A stretch of DNA of 61,870 nt from a virus. Taxonomy: Duplodnaviria; Caudoviricetes. Below, one piece after another: positions 25,538-35,478 of this stretch (its first letter is position 1; every line of letters starts with the position of its first letter). The notes under the pieces are model-generated. The model ran no database searches. It was not told the origin of the DNA and saw nothing but the letters and a program-made list of their open reading frames with translations. The position numbers were made by a program, and so were the translations under genes. The stretch covers positions 1-61,870 of the IMG/VR virus record IMGVR_UViG_3300018411_000001; one strand, 5' to 3'.

Positions 25538-27273
25538 TATTGCCCCTCCGCCATTTCAGATGCAGACGTTGCCATGGTGATCTGGGATACCTGGATATTA
25601 CCCCTCACCTCAATTTCCCAGGTGCGGGCCTGGAACCCCCCAGGCAAGCGAACCACCTGATTGAGCTTGGAGGTAGTGAACACCGGGCGCTCATCGGCAT
25701 AGACGGTCACCGCCAACGACGTTGGGTCATTGTTCACGGCATCAAGCAGGCTGCCGCCGAACGGCGTTACCCCGATGGCTGCACTGCCAACCGCACCACC
25801 AGCACGCTGACCGTTCATCATGGCCCGGTTCGCAGCCATCATCGCGGCCGCCTTTTCCTGCATGGTCTTTTTCTGGGCTGGCGTGGTGACATCATCGCCC
25901 TCCACCAGCAGTGCCCCGAAATTGATCTCGGTCTGGATGACGAACTTCTTGGAGCGCCACAGCTGCTCGCCATATGGCTGAGACAGCGCGTCCCACTCAT
26001 AGATGTCAGTGCCTGATTTCAGGATGTAGAGCGAGCCAGACGAAATGTCGTAGTGCATGGCATCGGCATAATCCGTATTGCGGATCAGGAATGCGTTCTC
26101 TCCGGTCAGGTCAATGATGATGATCCCGCGCTTTTCACTTCCTCCCTCGTCGGTGTAGGCATAGGAGGCCATCCACCGACCAGAGTATTGTCCCGCTGCG
26201 AATGAATACGGGTTCATCTGCAACCACTGATCGCGAGTCAGCATGCCGGCAGTCACTACGTTGGCGCCAGCGCTACTCACAGACACCAGCCCGCTGTGCG
26301 ACGGGTAGGCCACCGCGTAACCAAGATCGACCACGCCCCGCGCCGAAATGCAGGGGAGGTTAACCTCTATCTTCTCCATCACCATGTTCTCGGGGGCGGT
26401 ACCGGATGCGATATACGGCATGCCGTTGGTGAGGATGGCGATGGAGCTGCCGAACGAACCCAGTCCCACGATCTCGTAATCGCAGGTGAGGACGTACTTT
26501 TCTGGCCAGGCATGCGGGAAATATGGCTCGCAGAAGTACAGGCGCTTGCCATCAAACCCGGCAATCATGCCGTTGGCCAGGGCAGTAAGCCCCTGCAGAT
26601 TATCGGGCGGTGGGTTGAAGTCGGTAGATGGCAGCTCCTCAACGATAGGCAGCCCGGCATCAATGAAGTCACCCATGCCGGCAGGGCGTTCTGCGATGAA
26701 AAAGAACTGGGTGTTACCGGTTGCCGACGTCTGCGACCGGTAGATGCGCTGCAGGGTGATGCGCCGGCCGGATGGTGGCTGCTGAAAACCACGCACGGTA
26801 ACTGTATTACCTTCACTCCAAAGAAGCCCCGCGCCAGCTGGAGCCGGCTCTGACTCCTCCCCCAGGCTTGTCACGTTGGTGTAGGTGTAGAGGATGGTCA
26901 CAGCCAGGTCAGGATCAGGCGTGCCGCTCATTGTGGCCGTGAGCGCAACTGTAGGCCCTGGCACTGCGAGATCCATTGTCTGGCCATCAAACAGGATCTT
27001 TGGAGCCCCGTCGCCGGTGAAGTAGATGCGGTCGTCTGCCACTGGGCCCTGCACGACATCAACGGCAGCGTCCCAGCCTAGCCACACGTCCTTGTGCAGA
27101 AATATGGTCTGAGCCTTTTCTGCCAGTCTGGTATCAAGCCGCCCTTGGTGGATCGGCTTGAGTGCTCCATTTTCCAGTTTGGTGTTGTATGCCTCCTGCG
27201 CCATGGTGTCTGGCAGCAGGCGCGGGATCGTGCGGGGAGACTCCCCCATGAACCCGGTGAGTTTCAGGATCAT
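25537..27273 (-). CDS. Tail nozzle/stabilisation protein
   Basis: F.GESPR..PRLLP N-terminus, beta-propeller-like body, WRSKKF. Confidence 0.75.
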   Translation of the reverse strand: MILKLTGFMGESPRTIPRLLPDTMAQEAYNTKLENGALKPIHQGRLDTRLAEKAQTIFLHKDVWLGWDAAVDVVQGPVADDRIYFTGDGAPKILFDGQTMDLAVPGPTVALTATMSGTPDPDLAVTILYTYTNVTSLGEESEPAPAGAGLLWSEGNTVTVRGFQQPPSGRRITLQRIYRSQTSATGNTQFFFIAERPAGMGDFIDAGLPIVEELPSTDFNPPPDNLQGLTALANGMIAGFDGKRLYFCEPYFPHAWPEKYVLTCDYEIVGLGSFGSSIAILTNGMPYIASGTAPENMVMEKIEVNLPCISARGVVDLGYAVAYPSHSGLVSVSSAGANVVTAGMLTRDQWLQMNPYSFAAGQYSGRWMASYAYTDEGGSEKRGIIIIDLTGENAFLIRNTDYADAMHYDISSGSLYILKSGTDIYEWDALSQPYGEQLWRSKKFVIQTEINFGALLVEGDDVTTPAQKKTMQEKAAAMMAANRAMMNGQRAGGAVGSAAIGVTPFGGSLLDAVNNDPTSLAVTVYADERPVFTTSKLNQVVRLPGGFQARTWEIEVRGNIQVSQITMATSASEMAEGQ

Positions 27274-27626
27274 GCGGTCACCGTTGCATCATCGACAGAG
27301 ATAGCCACCTCGCCGCTGATCACGCCTAGGGCGTTGAGGGCGGCAACAGTCAGCGGCAGGAAAATGGTATCGCCAGCCTCGAAAGCGATGGCCTCGGTAT
27401 TCTCCCGGCCTCGAACAACAGTGATAACGTCGCCAGCCCTGCTGGTGGCCCGCATGTACTCGATGGTGCCAGCCGCGTTCTGTACCGCTACTGGGAACCA
27501 GTCACTGGTCCCGAGTGCTGGAAATCGCACGCCATGACCGGCAAGCACCCTGACCAGCGTCTCACCAGCAGCCAGCGAGGCGGCCAGGGTGCTGGCCGCA
27601 TTGTTCTTGAGTTTCAAACCCATCAT
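27270..27626 (-). CDS. Tail-associated structural protein
   Basis: NNAASTLA...EYMRATSR.GD.ITVVRG.ENT, a motif typical of tail N-terminal domains. Confidence 0.7.
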   Translation of the reverse strand: MMGLKLKNNAASTLAASLAAGETLVRVLAGHGVRFPALGTSDWFPVAVQNAAGTIEYMRATSRAGDVITVVRGRENTEAIAFEAGDTIFLPLTVAALNALGVISGEVAISVDDATVTA

Positions 27627-30589
27627 TCCACCCCTGTGTCTTGAAGCCATTGAGACGTGAGGCGCAGCCTCTCGCGCAGGATTGTCTCAGTGATTGCTGG
27701 TGGCCGCACGCTTGCGCCCTCCTCCAGCATAACGGAAATCGTTGTGACGATCTCGAAGTGCCAGAAGCCGAACCACTCGCCGGCGTCGGGATTGGTAGAC
27801 CAGGTGTAGCGCATCGGCCCCTGTGTTACCCACAGCGACTCGATGTAATCCCAGCATCGCTGAATGAGTTCATTGAGCATGGTGGTGCTGCCGTAGCCTG
27901 ATAGCTTCATCCACAGGCAAGCGCGCAACACAATGGCTGCTGCATGAGGCTCCTCATAGTTTGCGGTGGGCGAGGAGATGCGGGGATCGGGAAAGTCAGT
28001 TGGCATGCCGCGCACGGCACCGGAAAGGTTGGGCCAAGCAGCATTGAGCCAGTTCAACCAGGTCACAGCCATCTGACCGGCCATGTCGCGTGATGTCTTG
28101 TACCCTGCCCCGAAACGGGTAATCCACGTCAGACGGGCCAAGCTTTCCACGACCCGCGCCTGGTAGCCTGACCAGCGAGTATTCGGGTCGTCGTTGGTGT
28201 AGACCCAAGTATGAGGCGTCGGGTTGCCAAGCGACATCCTGGCTGGGGTGTTGAGCACGAAGGTATGCGCGAAAGGACCGAGCGCCCCGCCATCGAGTTG
28301 CCAGCGCTGCTGGGCATGCTTGAGGAAGTAAAGCTGCTGCTCCATCAGCATGGCCGCTTTCGGCTTGGGATAGCCATCAGAGGCGGTACCGGTAATGGGC
28401 GCATACAGTACACCCGTTGCTGGATCCGCAACGATGAGATCAGCAGGCTGCAAGCCAGGATGAACCGCCTCAGCCTCTGCGGCCAGCACGAACCAGTGAT
28501 CCGGCAGCTGGTACCCGTGGAAGGGTGAGCCATTCCACCCGACAAACTGCTGAGCCACAGTGTCGGCGTTGATGGCGAACGGCATGGCGCCCGGGAAATA
28601 TGGCATCTTCGATCCCTTCTTGGCCACCATTGTCGTGTCCTTCACCATGCGCATATTGCCGATCACGACAGAATAGCCGCCCGGGTGCTCGATGCTGATC
28701 CCGAAGTTCTCGAATAGGGTGCCTACCGGCAGCACCGCGTTGTCGCTGTCCTTGCGCTTGAAGGAGGTGCGCGGGATATAGAAGTCCACCAGCTGGCCAG
28801 CGTTATAGGCAGTCACCACCCCAGGCCAGCCGGCGATAGTTTTCAGGTCAGCGTACCAACGCTTGTTCGCGTCGTAGTTCTTGGTCCCAGAGACGAACAC
28901 GAAGATATTGCCGGTGTACTCAACCTTGTAAGCCAGCGTCTCGGTAAGGGATTGACCCGTGGTGAGCGCTGATACAGCAGGATTCGAGGTGTTGAGCGTG
29001 AACTGGCAGTAGCCAGCAGACTGGATGACGAAGTTACCATAGGTTCCATCCTTGTCTGCTGCACCCGATACGAACGGGGCGCCAGTACCGTACAATCCGG
29101 CCAGCAGATCGCCGTCTATCACGTTCGCACTCACGGTTTTGCCGAAAGCAGTCAGGTCAAATCCGCTTGCGGTCTTCTTGATAACCACCGTCTTGGTGTG
29201 GTCTGCCTTGTACCCGTTGCTGCCAAGCAGGGATGACAGGCTGAGTTGCAGCCATAGGTAACCGTCTGCATCCTGGTAGCTGGTGGCATCGCGCCACTGG
29301 TCATTGAAGCCCCTACCGATCTGCGTCTGCACAGGCAGAGTGCCAGCAGGGACCGCGCCCTTGATGTTCCCGGCGCTGTTGCGCGACCAGAAGTTTGAGC
29401 CGGCCCCGCCCTGCCCTGCCTGTGCGGCCGAGTGGTTCGAGTAGCAGAACATGCCATCAGGATCACCGCTCACCGGGAAGACAGGAAGCCCAGCAAGGGG
29501 TTTCAGTACCTCCCTCAGATCGGTGATAGCCTGCCCACGCACACCAGACTTGCGCAGGGCCGCTCGCAGGGTTTGCCACTTGCTATCGGCAATGAACTTC
29601 ATCGCCTCGGTGATGGCGATGTCGAACCACCGGAAGGTGTCGGGCGCACAGGCAGCATACCCATCGGCGATAGGCGTCCAGAAAGGATATGCCTCGAACC
29701 CAGCGCCCTGCTGGATCTTCCCTGTGTAGAAACCAAAGACCACTTTCCACTGCGATTTGACCGGCGCATCGGCCGGCACAGTGATGATGGTGGAGTTGCC
29801 TTCAATCACCCAGTCCTCGATGGCGACGGCGACAGAGTTACCGGCGCTGTCATAAGCGGGGCTGTACGGGCTCTCGTAGAGCAGATAGGCATCGGTGGGG
29901 TAGATCTGCCAGACGTTGTAAATGTCGTTGCGCGGGATCTTGATCTTGCCGTTGTCCACCACCCCCACGAAATCATAACTGGCAGCCTGGCCAGGGATGT
30001 CTCCCTTTGCGGCAAAAAGCCAGTGTAACAGCGTGATGGTGTCGGCGTTGATGGGGAACGGCTGGCGCAACATAGGGCCCTTCTTTGACCCGCTGCCGAT
30101 GGCGTTGAGCAATCCTATACCCAGTAGGCGGAACCACTCTGCTGCGGCCTTATCCGCGTCACTGCCGGCCAGTAATACCCTTGCGGCGCGTAGCGAGCCT
30201 TCGATTGCTACAGACTGCCCCTCCGATGTGCCCGAATTGAAGTGGAAGTAATCACCCCGGCCATTCTGCTGGTCGTAGGCGTTGGTTATCAGGCCAGACC
30301 GAACGAGCGGCCCATTCACCAACGTAGGGATGAGATTGCACTCCCCTTTACTGTCAGAGATAACGGCACCGACCGGCGTGTCCAGCAGCACGAAGAAGCG
30401 GCGCTTGTTGTGGGTGTTGCGAGCTATCACGGGGACGGTGATGGTTTTGCTGGTTTCACCAACAGCAAAATGCAGCGCACCGGAGGAGGCAGCATAGTCC
30501 ACTCCTGCGAGTGCGGTATCGTCCTGCGTCTCCCAGATAACCGACACCGGCTCGGTGCTTACCTTCGATAGAGAAATGAGTATGTCCAT
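27623..30589 (-). CDS. Tail spike/depolymerase: Calx-beta, GH8-like glycoside hydrolase and inserted VCBS-like domain
   Basis: TQDDTALAGVDY..SG.L.F..GET.KTI; TSEGQS; GTYGNF..TLNTSNPAV.AL..GQSLTET. Confidence 0.7.
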   Translation of the reverse strand: MDILISLSKVSTEPVSVIWETQDDTALAGVDYAASSGALHFAVGETSKTITVPVIARNTHNKRRFFVLLDTPVGAVISDSKGECNLIPTLVNGPLVRSGLITNAYDQQNGRGDYFHFNSGTSEGQSVAIEGSLRAARVLLAGSDADKAAAEWFRLLGIGLLNAIGSGSKKGPMLRQPFPINADTITLLHWLFAAKGDIPGQAASYDFVGVVDNGKIKIPRNDIYNVWQIYPTDAYLLYESPYSPAYDSAGNSVAVAIEDWVIEGNSTIITVPADAPVKSQWKVVFGFYTGKIQQGAGFEAYPFWTPIADGYAACAPDTFRWFDIAITEAMKFIADSKWQTLRAALRKSGVRGQAITDLREVLKPLAGLPVFPVSGDPDGMFCYSNHSAAQAGQGGAGSNFWSRNSAGNIKGAVPAGTLPVQTQIGRGFNDQWRDATSYQDADGYLWLQLSLSSLLGSNGYKADHTKTVVIKKTASGFDLTAFGKTVSANVIDGDLLAGLYGTGAPFVSGAADKDGTYGNFVIQSAGYCQFTLNTSNPAVSALTTGQSLTETLAYKVEYTGNIFVFVSGTKNYDANKRWYADLKTIAGWPGVVTAYNAGQLVDFYIPRTSFKRKDSDNAVLPVGTLFENFGISIEHPGGYSVVIGNMRMVKDTTMVAKKGSKMPYFPGAMPFAINADTVAQQFVGWNGSPFHGYQLPDHWFVLAAEAEAVHPGLQPADLIVADPATGVLYAPITGTASDGYPKPKAAMLMEQQLYFLKHAQQRWQLDGGALGPFAHTFVLNTPARMSLGNPTPHTWVYTNDDPNTRWSGYQARVVESLARLTWITRFGAGYKTSRDMAGQMAVTWLNWLNAAWPNLSGAVRGMPTDFPDPRISSPTANYEEPHAAAIVLRACLWMKLSGYGSTTMLNELIQRCWDYIESLWVTQGPMRYTWSTNPDAGEWFGFWHFEIVTTISVMLEEGASVRPPAITETILRERLRLTSQWLQDTGVE

Positions 30590-30612
30590 GGCCCACCACA
30601 TTGCAGGTGTAG

Positions 30613-30636
30613 AAAAAAGCCCGTCGAAACGGGCTT
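30613..30636 (-). terminator. Intrinsic terminator between the two tail-spike genes
   Basis: AAGCCCGT-TTCG-ACGGGCTT followed by a U-run. Confidence 0.85.
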
Positions 30637-30644
30637 CATATTGG

Positions 30645-33600
30645 TTATGACCCCTTGGTCAACTTCACGTTGTCCAGGCTTAGCGCCGTGGTGTCTACTG
30701 GAACGTTGTAGAAGGTGACCCCACCGGCTGGCGTGATAACCATCGTCGCCACTCCCACTGGCCCAGACACACCCAATGCCGGCACGGCGAGGTAACTCCA
30801 GGTGTTATTGCTCAGCTCTTTGGGGATGTTGATAACGGCGGTGCCTGCCGCATACCCAGACACGATAGCAACAGAGCCATTAAATTGCAGCTCGCCGTTA
30901 TCGATGGAGATCAGCGGGGCGCTGCCTGCGGGATCCCGAGCCGCGGTGTACCAGAACGAAGGAGTGGCTACATGTTGTTTTTTGCGGTACCCGACCGGGT
31001 TGATAGCACCCATGATCGCCATGGCATTGCCTAAGCCCATCATGGCTCTACCGTAGGCGGTGGGATGAATGCAGTCCATCAGCACCTGGTCGATGGCGGA
31101 TTTTCCGATGTAATCTGCTGTTATCTGCCCTTCGTGTCGGAGCGGCGCCATACTCACCAAGCCGCCATTTGCAGCGCAGGCGCGGATAGCAAGCGCCCGG
31201 TACTGCGCTCCATCAGCATTGTTCAGCGTGTTCTGGCCGCCCTGCCCCTGGGCGTTGGCTTCTGCCAGCGAATACCACAGCGTAGGAACACCAAGGATAA
31301 ACTTTACGCCTTCGGCTGCGCAGCGGGTGGCAATAGATGCGATGTTCGCAGCCAGATTGGAAGCACCCACCCCGCCTTGAATGTCGTTTATGCCGATATT
31401 GGCAATACAGAAGTCAAAGCCTGAGATCCCTATGACGTTGAATGCTGCCAGCTGAGCTGATGATGTGTCTCCCGAGTTGGCAATGTTCTGGAAGTCGTAG
31501 ATCTGCACGCCTGCCGCTGCCAGGAACTGGCGCATGTAGTCGTACTGACTGCACGGAATTGCGGGGTCAGATGTGGAATCACCAAGCATTAGCACGCGCA
31601 GGGCGCGAGCACCTGACACCATGCTGTTCTTGATGCGGTACATGCTGGCCCAGCCCATGTCGGTAGTACGGCCGAAGCCACCAAAAGCGATACCACTGAT
31701 CGGAGCGCCAGCATCAAATGTGCCGAGCGGGATCCCGTTCACACAAACTTGGAACAGCTGATCACTCACCATCTTGACGGACAACAGAGCAGAGTTGAAC
31801 TGATTGCGTGATACTACAGTGACCGGCTGACCTATTCCTGCCGGATCACCGTTTTTGTTAAATATGGTATCGCCGGTGTCCAGCACCTGCTCCACCAAGC
31901 AATATCCTGATGGCGTGATGACCCCAGCGCTCACAACTCCAACAACAGAGTCATTGATAGCGCCAACCTCGTCGCCTATTGAACACGGCACGACAGCGAC
32001 ATTGCGCTCTGTAGCAAGAGTGAACGGAATGGTAAAAGCGTCTGGGCTACCAGAGATAGCCAGCTCAGGTCTTGTGCCGGCTGTAGCTGCCAACATGTAT
32101 CCGGTAAAATCGGTGTACGCCAGAGCTTGAGGTACCTCATAGGTTCCACTCAGTTGAGTGAGTGCAGACGGAATTTCAGCAGGGCGGCGGTACTGTCTGG
32201 GGCCGTGATAGAACGGATAGTTGATAGGCTGCAACAGGATCTTGATTTCCCGGTTTGCCTTGATGTTCTTGGTGATCAGCGGCGTCCAGCTGCCATTGAC
32301 TACAAAGCTGACGCCCTGCTCTGCAATGATCTCGATGCCAGCCGCATCGGTGACAGAAGTGTCGCTGCCGTCGATGTAGTAAACACCGGTCGCGGTCTTC
32401 GGAAATAGGATTGCCCCACCGCCTTTCGCTGCCAGCTCGGCGAATGCCTGACTTACTGGGACCCGGTTGTTGGTGCCAGTGGTGCCGCTGTAGTCGTCCA
32501 CCCCTTCAAACTGGAGAATGGAGACAACCTCCTTGTCCACGCGGGCGAGGTCAGTGGCCTTTGCTGCGTTATGGACCATCTCCACACCCTTGCCAGCCTC
32601 GGACGATGCGAGGTCGGAGCGGGTGCTTGCGCTGCCCACACTCACCCATGCTCCGGCAGCGATGCCGCCAGTGGTCAATGGGGTTGAACCTTGCGGCACT
32701 GTCTTGGGATAAGTGCCGTCCCAACGGAAGTAAGGACCCTGGCCGCCTGTGGCGCCCTCCCACAGCACTGCATCAGCAGTGCTGGTAAGCTGGCGGTGAG
32801 TGCCCTTTTCAAACGACCTCATTTTGTTGTAGGTAGAGCGCTCGTAGTGCTCGAAGACGTCACCCTCACGAGCGAACGGCTGTGACTTGCTGACCACATC
32901 GTACTGGGTCGCGTATAGCACATCACCAGCGACTCCCGCTTTGATGACCAGTCTTCCTACGGTGTTTATGTACCAAGAAGGCTCGAACATTGCGCCAGCG
33001 CGCAGAATCCGCGGCACAAAACCATTCGCATTGAAGTCGATGGTGTCACCGGTCAGATCACCGACAGCCAGTGTGTTCTCACCATCGGCAAGGCCAACGG
33101 TCGCAATCTTGGCTGCACCGACGTATGCCACGCGGCGGGCAACAGCCTTCACATTGGTGGCGTCAGGGTGCCCGAGGGATTCGGTACCCAGCGCGGTGAG
33201 TGTGGTGTTGCCCACGTCGATGAGCGGGGCCACCTCTGCGGCGATCTCATTGATGGGCGGTCTCAGTGAGTCGATGAAATCCTGCTCGGTGCCGGTGTTC
33301 CCCAGGTCAAGCCACACCTGATAGGCGCTCTTGCCCTCCAAACCGCGAGGACCGGAAGGCACGACGATGACCGTTACCGGCGTGCTGCCGGTGGTATCGA
33401 CGTGAATGATGCACTCGCCAATGGAAGCACCCAGAATAGCGTTCACCGGAGGCAACATCTCAACAAAGAAGGAGCGGTCTTCACTACCAACAGCGCGGCC
33501 GTAAACGAGGATGGAGATGGCTTTGGCAGTTTCGCCTGGGGCGAAGGTGACAGTACCCTTGCCGGCCGCGAAATCGACACCCGCTTTCGCAGTGCCATCG

Positions 33601-33686
33601 GAGGTGTACCAGTCAACCAGCACCGGCTCGCTCACGGCCTGAGTGAGGGTGATCGTGAACTGCGCGAGTACAGAGCCCGTATTCAT
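30645..33686 (-). CDS. Tail spike: Calx-beta, tailspike N-terminal domain and SGNH esterase
   Basis: TSDGTAKAGVDF; YFRWDGTYPKTVP..STP.TTGGI..GAWVSVG; GDS, G.ND and DCIHP blocks. Confidence 0.85.
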   Translation of the reverse strand: MNTGSVLAQFTITLTQAVSEPVLVDWYTSDGTAKAGVDFAAGKGTVTFAPGETAKAISILVYGRAVGSEDRSFFVEMLPPVNAILGASIGECIIHVDTTGSTPVTVIVVPSGPRGLEGKSAYQVWLDLGNTGTEQDFIDSLRPPINEIAAEVAPLIDVGNTTLTALGTESLGHPDATNVKAVARRVAYVGAAKIATVGLADGENTLAVGDLTGDTIDFNANGFVPRILRAGAMFEPSWYINTVGRLVIKAGVAGDVLYATQYDVVSKSQPFAREGDVFEHYERSTYNKMRSFEKGTHRQLTSTADAVLWEGATGGQGPYFRWDGTYPKTVPQGSTPLTTGGIAAGAWVSVGSASTRSDLASSEAGKGVEMVHNAAKATDLARVDKEVVSILQFEGVDDYSGTTGTNNRVPVSQAFAELAAKGGGAILFPKTATGVYYIDGSDTSVTDAAGIEIIAEQGVSFVVNGSWTPLITKNIKANREIKILLQPINYPFYHGPRQYRRPAEIPSALTQLSGTYEVPQALAYTDFTGYMLAATAGTRPELAISGSPDAFTIPFTLATERNVAVVPCSIGDEVGAINDSVVGVVSAGVITPSGYCLVEQVLDTGDTIFNKNGDPAGIGQPVTVVSRNQFNSALLSVKMVSDQLFQVCVNGIPLGTFDAGAPISGIAFGGFGRTTDMGWASMYRIKNSMVSGARALRVLMLGDSTSDPAIPCSQYDYMRQFLAAAGVQIYDFQNIANSGDTSSAQLAAFNVIGISGFDFCIANIGINDIQGGVGASNLAANIASIATRCAAEGVKFILGVPTLWYSLAEANAQGQGGQNTLNNADGAQYRALAIRACAANGGLVSMAPLRHEGQITADYIGKSAIDQVLMDCIHPTAYGRAMMGLGNAMAIMGAINPVGYRKKQHVATPSFWYTAARDPAGSAPLISIDNGELQFNGSVAIVSGYAAGTAVINIPKELSNNTWSYLAVPALGVSGPVGVATMVITPAGGVTFYNVPVDTTALSLDNVKLTKGS

Positions 33687-33695
33687 AGATAGTCC

Positions 33696-34052
33696 TTATT
33701 GTTGAAAACCAATGGTCGCAGTCGCGTCGGAAATATCGACAATGGGCACGGCGGTGCCGGTTCCAGATGTCTGGATGAGAAACGACTGCTCTTTTTGGCG
33801 ACCTTGATCGGTGCCAATGCTGACGGTGACGGTGTACTGCACACCTTCCTCGCCCCCGGTGACCCAGACAGCCACCTGGTTCTTTGTGTATCCGACCCGA
33901 GTAATGATGAGCGTTGCGGCCGGAACGGTTATTGTTGGCGCGGTGATGATCGCGCTGGCCGAGTTGATAGATTCCCTGCCGACCAGGAACCTGTTGAAAT
34001 CCACCGTGTAATCTAATGATTCACGGCTCTGCTTGCAGAAGTATTCGAGCAT
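33696..34052 (-). CDS. Fibre-tail adaptor protein
   Basis: KQ.RE.LDY.VDF and VWVTGGEEG.QY.VTV motifs. Confidence 0.75.
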   Translation of the reverse strand: MLEYFCKQSRESLDYTVDFNRFLVGRESINSASAIITAPTITVPAATLIITRVGYTKNQVAVWVTGGEEGVQYTVTVSIGTDQGRQKEQSFLIQTSGTGTAVPIVDISDATATIGFQQ

Positions 34053-34174
34053 CAGCGGATGTCCCTGTTATCGGATGGCGCCACCATGCGGCGCTGTGGG
34101 TTCTGCGGTGCCGCCTCGATGGGGGCGCCCTGCACCCGTTCAGAGGAAACGGGGCTTTGTGCGGACTCTGGCAC
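34052..34174 (-). CDS. Small 40-aa ORF, not in the ORF track
   Basis: GAGG SD 8 nt before GTG; its stop overlaps the next ATG (TGATG). Confidence 0.5.
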   Translation of the reverse strand: MPESAQSPVSSERVQGAPIEAAPQNPQRRMVAPSDNRDIR

Positions 34175-34766
34175 GTTGCTGGCCTCTCAGGTTGTCACGA
34201 AAATGGCGGTCACAGGCCTCGTCAAACATGGCCCGGTACATCATCGCCTGGTTCGGTTCGGCAAAATCGTAGCCTGGCAGCATCAGGATCTTTGCCAGTG
34301 CCCCAGCGGCGATTACATCTGGGTACTGCTCGACTATGTAGTCAGGGAGGGTCTGGGCTTGCTGGTCAGGCTTGAGAAACAGCGTCACCTTGATCTCGCC
34401 CGTGGTGAATGGGCAGACCCGCAGCGTGTTGGGAATGCGCTGGGTGAAGTACACCGGTGTGGCCTCACCGCCTTGCCAGTCGTCCACCTCTTCAAAGGAC
34501 ATCGGCTGCATGGGCTGCTGCCAGATAGACTGACCGTCCTCGCGGTACCGGACGCGCTCTATCTCGTGGACGATGGAGTCGCAGCAGGTGATCAGGTTGA
34601 TGTCCTGCTCTGGGTCTGTGAGCTTGTAGATTTCCTCACTGCGCCAGCTGCGGGTACGGCGGCAAAACTCGATAGTAGCATCGCGCAGATACTGGATCAT
34701 CAGCGGCTCTGGGCAGGTCGGAGCCCATGGCATCACATGTGGCGCCAGCTCGTAGAAGTCTCTCAT
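34140..34766 (-). CDS. Head-tail adaptor-like protein
   Basis: P.CPEP....LR.A.IEFC.RT..W; position in the operon. Confidence 0.7.
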   Translation of the reverse strand: MRDFYELAPHVMPWAPTCPEPLMIQYLRDATIEFCRRTRSWRSEEIYKLTDPEQDINLITCCDSIVHEIERVRYREDGQSIWQQPMQPMSFEEVDDWQGGEATPVYFTQRIPNTLRVCPFTTGEIKVTLFLKPDQQAQTLPDYIVEQYPDVIAAGALAKILMLPGYDFAEPNQAMMYRAMFDEACDRHFRDNLRGQQRARVRTKPRFL

Positions 34767-35470
34767 TGGGCTATGTTCCCGGTCTGTTTATAGTTGGGGC
34801 TGTTCACCAGCTCAGCGTTGGCCCGGATCCCGAGCGACTGAGAGAACTGCTGATAAAAAAGCCCTGCCCGGTTGGCTGCCCCAGCGTTCTGCGCGTCCTT
34901 GCAGTATGCGCGGTATAGGGTGTAGTCGAGGATGGCGTTGGCGTAGACATCGATGACCCCTAGCGGGACGTCATACGACGCCAGCAATTCAGGATCCGCA
35001 CCAGCCACCGGCTTGACTGCATCAGGGATGACAGAAACCACAGCCTCGATGTTGCCGGTACCGTCATTGCCTGGCCACACGTAGAAGGTCAGCGGGTCAG
35101 TCTCATCAAATACAAAGTGGCGGGCGTAGGGACGAAAGCGCACATACTGCCCGTCGTGCCAGTTAGGGTTCTGGCTATCCAGGCCCTGCCGCTCAACTAT
35201 CGTGATGACACCCTTGCCGACCCTGTTATCGCCAACCACGTCTACGTTGCGAACGACGCGCAGCAGCTGCTGGCAGTTAGCCGGCAGCTGCTGGCGGGTC
35301 CCCTCTACCAAAGGCACGGTGATGTTCTTGCTGGTAGCCTTCGGCACTATGAGGGCGACTTCACGCAGCGCGTCAGTCAGCCATTCTGCCAGCTCGGTCA
35401 TTGTCCAGCGGGTGTAATCCTCATCGAGCAGGATACGGCTGGCCCTGTGCATAATCTCACTGGCTTTCAT
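34763..35470 (-). CDS. Head-tail adaptor (DUF6682-like)
   Basis: LLDE..TRWT..EL..WL; LV.GTRQ.LP; LYRAY.KD. Confidence 0.72.
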   Translation of the reverse strand: MKASEIMHRASRILLDEDYTRWTMTELAEWLTDALREVALIVPKATSKNITVPLVEGTRQQLPANCQQLLRVVRNVDVVGDNRVGKGVITIVERQGLDSQNPNWHDGQYVRFRPYARHFVFDETDPLTFYVWPGNDGTGNIEAVVSVIPDAVKPVAGADPELLASYDVPLGVIDVYANAILDYTLYRAYCKDAQNAGAANRAGLFYQQFSQSLGIRANAELVNSPNYKQTGNIAQ

Positions 35471-35478
35471 GGTGGCCC

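Noticed and set aside
34130-34150. prfB-like +1 frameshift at CTC TGA
   Set aside because: Re-pairing in the +1 frame would be poor; an independent SD plus GTG explains the downstream frame
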